Origin: Candidatus Latescibacterota bacterium | GTDB lineage: Bacteria; Latescibacterota; UBA2968; SICM01 | Assembly: GCA_965217865.1 (NCBI GenBank) | Contig: CBDCJO010000002.1 | Coordinates: forward strand, 5,536,001 to 5,600,000 | Reading direction: 5' to 3' | DNA length: 64,000 nt | Shown here: one piece after another, positions 59,262 through 64,000 of the stretch | How positions within the stretch are numbered: position 1 is the first letter of the stretch | Layout: the number at the start of each line of letters is the position of its first letter | Program-made: the position numbers and the translations under genes | Notes under the pieces: generated by a model | Seen by the model: the letters and a program-made list of their open reading frames with translations, nothing else | Database searches by the model: none | What the model was told of the DNA's origin: nothing

Positions 59262-60356
59262 CTACATTTGGAGCGACACCCGGGTCGCTCTTCCCTCCGC
59301 GGCAGCCGAGAAGGCCTCATTGATATTTTCAAACGGGATCACGTGGGAGATAATTCTGTCGAAGGGATACCTCGACCGGGTCCGCTGGATCATGTCCAGA
59401 GCCCTCGGGATCACCCACGGCTCGTATACGATGACGCACTCAACCTTCTGGCTCCCCCGGACCATCGTCCCCGGATCGATCTCCGTCCCGAAACCCGGGC
59501 TGACGTTTCCGATCCAGAGATAACGGCCCCCAAACCTGAGCATCCTCGTCCCCTCCTGAATGACAGACGGAGCCCCGGTGAACTCGGCTATCACGTCGGC
59601 TCCGGTGTCCCCGGTCCAATCTCTTACCTGTTCCACGCGTTGATCCGATGTGGTCTCCGCGGCATTCAGGACCCGGTCGGCCCCGAACTTGAGGGCAAGC
59701 GAAAGGCGATCCTCGAACCGATCGATGCTGATAACCAACCCCGCGCCCATCTCCTTCGAAATCGCTGCGGCGTAAAGTCCCAGCCCGCCCGCTCCCTGGA
59801 TCACCACGATGTCGCCGATCACGACACCGATCTGGTTCAACCCGTACAATGCCTGCGCCATTGCGCAATTTATGGGGGAAACAGACCGGTCGGGCAGTCC
59901 ATCCGGGACGTGAAAGATCCAGTGATTCGATCGGAGGTAGTAGTAGTCCCCAAATGCCCCGTGAAAGTGGGGGGGATCATCCGCGGAGACGTTCAACCAG
60001 TTGCGGTAGCGGTTGGGACAGCCTGGGGTTCCGATCAGACAGGCCGGGCATGCCCCACAAGGCGAGAAATAGGAATAGACGATCCGGTCCCCTTCCCTCA
60101 AGGGCTTCCCGGTGCTGTCTGCCTTCACATCCCGGCCGACCTTATCGACGATGCCTACCATCTCATGGCCCAACACCTGGGGGATGTCTCTTCGAATCTT
60201 TGGACCTTTTCCGCGCCAGAAATGAATATCCGAACCACAGATGTTCGCGAGGGACACCTTCACAACGAGCGCGTCCGGTGCGGGGTCGGGTACGGGATAC
60301 TCACGGATCTCCAAAGGCTCCTCGGGTCCGACAAAAACCGCTACGCGTCCAGTCAT
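59262..60356 (-). CDS. Zinc-binding alcohol dehydrogenase (MDR)
   Basis: ICGSD, GHE, structural Zn CGACPAC..C and GAGGLG motifs. Confidence 0.92.
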   Translation of the reverse strand: MTGRVAVFVGPEEPLEIREYPVPDPAPDALVVKVSLANICGSDIHFWRGKGPKIRRDIPQVLGHEMVGIVDKVGRDVKADSTGKPLREGDRIVYSYFSPCGACPACLIGTPGCPNRYRNWLNVSADDPPHFHGAFGDYYYLRSNHWIFHVPDGLPDRSVSPINCAMAQALYGLNQIGVVIGDIVVIQGAGGLGLYAAAISKEMGAGLVISIDRFEDRLSLALKFGADRVLNAAETTSDQRVEQVRDWTGDTGADVIAEFTGAPSVIQEGTRMLRFGGRYLWIGNVSPGFGTEIDPGTMVRGSQKVECVIVYEPWVIPRALDMIQRTRSRYPFDRIISHVIPFENINEAFSAAAEGRATRVSLQM

Positions 60357-60414
60357 GGAAAACCTCCGTTACAATACCTTGAATTCAAGACTCACGGTGT
60401 GGAACCTCGCCGCC

Positions 60415-61068
60415 TTATTCCGTATCCCAGGCCTTCGGGTAGTGCACCCTTCCCTCGATTCTGAGCCCGACGGTTGTCCTCCGAATCCGATTCGTACGTT
60501 GTTTCGAATCCTCCTCCTCAGCAAATACCTTTCTCCTCTGTTCTGCTGCCCACGCCAGATAGTCCGCAAATTTACCGTTGAATACGGACTCCATCCCTTT
60601 GCGAATTCGCTGGGACACCCCGGGTCCCTCTCCACTTGTGCTGATCGCGATCCGAAGAGCGCCCTGTCGCACTAAAGCCGGCATCAAGAAATTCGAAAAT
60701 TCGGGTTGGTCGTGTGCGTTCAAAAGAAACCTCTTTTCCAGCGAGCAGTCCATGAGACGGCCGCTCATCGCTCGATCGGACGCAACGGTGTTCATGACAA
60801 GATGGATCCCCTCCAGATCCTCCTCTTTGAACCGCCTTCGATGGACCGCGATTCGGCCATCTCCCTGCATCCGTTCCAACTTCCGGGTCAGATCCGGACT
60901 GACGATCGTCACGCGGCCAAAGGCCTCCAAAAGTCTCACAGTCCTTTCTTCGGCTACAAGCCCACCGCCCACCACCAGGCAGGGGCGATTCCTCAAATCG
61001 AGCGTGACCTGGTAACCCGGATTTCCGAGAATCCCCTCTTGACCCGAAGATGTCATGAACGCCTCCAA
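60415..61068 (-). CDS. Precorrin-2 dehydrogenase/ferrochelatase (SirC/CysG N-terminal type)
   Basis: CLVVGGGLVA, N..DQP..SNF.MP and IAISTSG motifs. Confidence 0.85.
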   Translation of the reverse strand: MEAFMTSSGQEGILGNPGYQVTLDLRNRPCLVVGGGLVAEERTVRLLEAFGRVTIVSPDLTRKLERMQGDGRIAVHRRRFKEEDLEGIHLVMNTVASDRAMSGRLMDCSLEKRFLLNAHDQPEFSNFLMPALVRQGALRIAISTSGEGPGVSQRIRKGMESVFNGKFADYLAWAAEQRRKVFAEEEDSKQRTNRIRRTTVGLRIEGRVHYPKAWDTE

Positions 61069-61160
61069 TTCACTCCGTACCGTTTCCGATTTTACACTTT
61101 ACAGATACGTTCTCGCCGGTTATATTGAAGTTTCCGTCCCGTCACATCAAGGGGAACGAT

Positions 61161-61922
61161 ATGACCGAAAACAAGCTCAAAACTACGTTGAAGGATGGCC
61201 AGGTTGTCCTGGGACCATTCGTGAACCTGGCTTCTCCCGCCTTGATCGAGATCGCCGCCTTCGCAGGATTCGACTTCGTCATCCTCGACACGGAACACGC
61301 ACCCCTCGATGTTTCCACGTGCGAGGACCTCTGCAGGGTCGCTGACTCCGTGGGCATCTCTCCGATCGTACGCGTCAGGGAAAACAACGGGCCACAAATC
61401 CTTCGCGCATTGGACGTGGGTGCAGCCGGCGTCCAGGTTCCCCAGATTTGCTCGATGGCCGACGCACAGGCCGTGGTGCACGCTGGGAAGTACGCTCCCC
61501 TGGGAATGCGTGGACTGTCTCCCTACACACGGGCCTCCTGGTATTCAGCCCATGGCACCAAGGTCACGGACCGGCTGAACGAACTGTCCATGTTGCTGGT
61601 CCACGTGGAGGGGGTCGATGGCCTGAACAACCTGGATGATATCCTCTCCGTGGAAGGCCTCGATGTGATCTTCCTGGGTCCGTACGATCTCTCGCAGTCC
61701 CTTGGCATCCCGGGCGAGGTGACCGATTCCCGGGTGGTGGACCGGATGAGGGAGGCATCCTCCCGGATCCGCGATGCCGGGCTTGCCGTGGGGACCTTTG
61801 CAGACGACCCGGATGCCGCCAAACGCTGGATCGATGCAGGGGTGCAGTACGTCTCCCTCTCTGTCGATACCGGAATGTATCTCAAGGTCTGCCGTCAGAT
61901 GGTCAAGGCGATCAGACGATAA
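61161..61922 (+). CDS. HpcH/HpaI aldolase family protein
   Basis: GFDFVILDTEH, VRV, LDVGA.GV.VP, Y.P.G.RG and GPYDLSQSLG motifs. Confidence 0.92.
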   Translation: MTENKLKTTLKDGQVVLGPFVNLASPALIEIAAFAGFDFVILDTEHAPLDVSTCEDLCRVADSVGISPIVRVRENNGPQILRALDVGAAGVQVPQICSMADAQAVVHAGKYAPLGMRGLSPYTRASWYSAHGTKVTDRLNELSMLLVHVEGVDGLNNLDDILSVEGLDVIFLGPYDLSQSLGIPGEVTDSRVVDRMREASSRIRDAGLAVGTFADDPDAAKRWIDAGVQYVSLSVDTGMYLKVCRQMVKAIRR

Positions 61923-62005
61923 GTTAAGGTTTCCTTGGTCCGGGGTCGATATATTCCGCACCGGATCATTAGCCCGCCAGGCGAATCCCCGCTGTCGAGA
62001 TTGAT

Positions 62006-63241
62006 ATGATCCGCAAAGAACTGGTCTGCGTGACCACCAAGAAACGATACGACGTCGGACCCATGTTTGAGGGCAGCCCGGCCAGCCGGGAGAAGGGTAT
62101 CGCGTCGCCGGTAGAAGTAATTTACGACTACGATGCCATCAAGGCAAAACTCGACCTTTCCAAATGGCTTCAAGGTCCCCGATCCATCTGGAAATTTGCA
62201 GACCTTCTCCCCCTTTCCGACCCCTCACACGCGGTGAGTCTTGGGGAAGGGGATACACCTTTATTGCGCCTCCGTACCCTTGGTGAAGAGACCGGCCTGG
62301 AGAACATCTACATCAAGAACGAGACCTCCAACCCCACCTGGTCTTTTAAAGACCGGTTTAACGCCGTTTCCATCTCTATGGCCAGGGAACTCGATTTCAA
62401 GAAAGTCACCTGCGCTACGACCGGAAACCACGGCACTTCCCTTGCCGCATATTCAGCCGCTGCCGGCCTGCAATGCGCAATCTTCTGCCATCCTCAGACA
62501 CCCCAGGTTCAGCAGGACCTGATTCGCTTTTACGGAGCACGATCCATCCTATTGAAGGAGAGGACGCAATACCTCTCGACCCTCGTCAGGGACTACGGCT
62601 ACTATCCCGCTACCACCCTGTCACCCATGCCCGTTTCCAACCCCTTCGGTGTAGAGGGATACAAAACCATCGCCTATGAGGTCAACTTGCAGCTCGACGG
62701 TCGGGTTCCCGATCGCGTATACGCCCCCGTGGCCGCCGGGGATGGCCTTTACGGTATCTGGAAGGGAATGACGGAGCTCAAAACAATGGGAATTGTTGAC
62801 CGCCTTCCTCGCATGTTCGGCTGTCAGGCCAAAGGCTGCAATCCGTTCGTCCGATCCTTCAAGGCCAAACGGAAGGAAGTCAAACCGGTCCGGAACCCCA
62901 CAACCGACGCCCTTTCCATCAGTGACCCGACCGGAGGGGATTGCGCCTTAGACGCGATCTATACGTCTAAAGGGGCTGCAACGGATGCCTCCGAAGAGGA
63001 GATCCTTAATGCCGCCAAACTCCTTGCCCGGGGGGGGATCGCCGTGGAACTCGCTTCAGCCGTACCCGTCGCGTGCGCCATTCGGGCCGCGAAAAAAAGC
63101 GAAATCGGCCCACGTGAACTGGTCGTATGCATCCTTACGGGAGCAGCCGTGAAATGGCCGGACACCCTCGACCGGACCGTAGACGAACCGGTTGTTCGTG
63201 ATCCGAATTTTGAGGAACTCAGGCTGGCCCTGTGGTTATAG
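62006..63241 (+). CDS. Threonine synthase-like PLP enzyme
   Basis: SLGEGDTPL, KNE..NPTWSFKDR (PLP lysine), TTGNHG, EGYKT and LTG..K motifs. Confidence 0.85.
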   Translation: MIRKELVCVTTKKRYDVGPMFEGSPASREKGIASPVEVIYDYDAIKAKLDLSKWLQGPRSIWKFADLLPLSDPSHAVSLGEGDTPLLRLRTLGEETGLENIYIKNETSNPTWSFKDRFNAVSISMARELDFKKVTCATTGNHGTSLAAYSAAAGLQCAIFCHPQTPQVQQDLIRFYGARSILLKERTQYLSTLVRDYGYYPATTLSPMPVSNPFGVEGYKTIAYEVNLQLDGRVPDRVYAPVAAGDGLYGIWKGMTELKTMGIVDRLPRMFGCQAKGCNPFVRSFKAKRKEVKPVRNPTTDALSISDPTGGDCALDAIYTSKGAATDASEEEILNAAKLLARGGIAVELASAVPVACAIRAAKKSEIGPRELVVCILTGAAVKWPDTLDRTVDEPVVRDPNFEELRLALWL

Positions 63242-63279
63242 TAGACCGAACTGCAAATCCCCCCAGGAATTCCACGCAG

Positions 63280-64000
63280 ATGCCGGGGGGCCAATCGAAA
63301 CATGAACCCAGGAAAGGCCATTTCGGTTCCGGTTTCAAGTTTCACCCCTTAAACCCCTTCCGTTGTTTTCGGATTTTTCCCATCCTCGCAGCCGTCCTTC
63401 TACTCCCCCTCGCAGGTATCGCTGCGACCCCTCCAAAAGACAAGACGATTGCCGATCTCATCGCCGCGGAAGGGTTCAAACAAGCCTCTGCCCGCATCGA
63501 TTCCCTTCTGGCGGTCGATGCGCTTCCACCAACAGTTCGAACCCGGATCATCCTTCAGCGTGCGCTCTGTCAGAAGGGATTGGGGAACCCGGCGAAAGCC
63601 CTCTCCGATTTCGAAGCCTCCCACGAAGCGTATCCCGAAATCGGGGATTACCTGCTCACGTGGGAAGCCGAGTGCCTGGAATCATTAAAAGACCCCCTTG
63701 GGGCTTCTGAACGCTACAAATCTCTTTTAAAACTCTACCCCGGCAGCTTGCTCAGAGATGATGTCCGGCTCCGCCTTGCGCGATTTGCGGATGGTGAAAA
63801 TCGGAGTCTTGAGGCAATCCGTATTTTCAAGCGGGTTGCATCTTCCGCCCGACAAACCGGTCACGTAGCTGAGGGCCTGTTCGGATTGGCTTCGGTTCAG
63901 ATGAAACGCAATCGAAAGAAAGAGGCCAGAAAAACCTCTTTGAAACTCATGAAAAACCACCCGGGCGAGAAGCCGGCCCTTGAAGCCCTGCGTCTGCTCG
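63280..64000 (+). CDS. Exported TPR-repeat protein, partial (possibly an Slt-type lytic transglycosylase N-terminus)
   Basis: Not in the ORF track. Frame is open from ATG 63280 to the window end: signal-like IFPILAAVLLLPLAGIAA, then TPR-like helices (YPEIGDY, LLKLYPGS, LMKNHPG). Confidence 0.7.
   Translation, partial: MPGGQSKHEPRKGHFGSGFKFHPLNPFRCFRIFPILAAVLLLPLAGIAATPPKDKTIADLIAAEGFKQASARIDSLLAVDALPPTVRTRIILQRALCQKGLGNPAKALSDFEASHEAYPEIGDYLLTWEAECLESLKDPLGASERYKSLLKLYPGSLLRDDVRLRLARFADGENRSLEAIRIFKRVASSARQTGHVAEGLFGLASVQMKRNRKKEARKTSLKLMKNHPGEKPALEALRLL

Noticed and set aside
58797-60464. 555-aa plus-strand ORF
   Set aside because: Antisense shadow of the zinc ADH and its neighbour; no motifs. 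The same applies to 10442-11458, 29907-30956, 40828-41769 and 56810-57712
1-64000. CRISPR array, prophage or integron
   Set aside because: No 25-40-bp repeats with regular spacers, and no cas, integrase or phage structural genes recognised; the short tandem repeats have no spacers

Overview
GC-rich bacterial chromosomal segment, mostly housekeeping and metabolic genes. The gene mix (lptCAB, PhyH and Gfo/Idh oxidoreductases, many HEAT proteins) suggests a diderm such as Latescibacterota/FCB; this is inference only. From left to right: partial rtcB; methylcitrate genes prpC-prpB...prpD split by a ~3 kb accessory block; FAD/Fe-S oxidoreductase; a heterodimeric ABC exporter pair carrying six lesions; uxaC-like, rimO, rpmB, hemB, prs, hslR, mutY, YyaL; an FdsGBA-fdhD formate dehydrogenase operon; rpoN-lptB-lptA-lptC-pyrG-gatC-pcrA-mltG-yqgF; a NACHT(STAND)+HEAT gene broken by an intact IS1380 with a 5-bp target duplication; a TetR-MFP-RND-RND-TolC efflux locus with a perfect operator palindrome; and several metabolic genes. 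No CRISPR array, rRNA or intact tRNA was seen. The most unusual signals are: (i) degenerate 7-mer and 8-mer tandem repeats, often in inverted pairs, at many gene junctions and sometimes inside protein C-termini; (ii) two promoter+terminator-bounded candidate small RNAs between prs and hslR; (iii) the NLR-like gene; (iv) an atypical pyrG; (v) an FdsA missing its His/Cys3 Fe-S motif. All calls come from reading motifs by eye; no searches were run.
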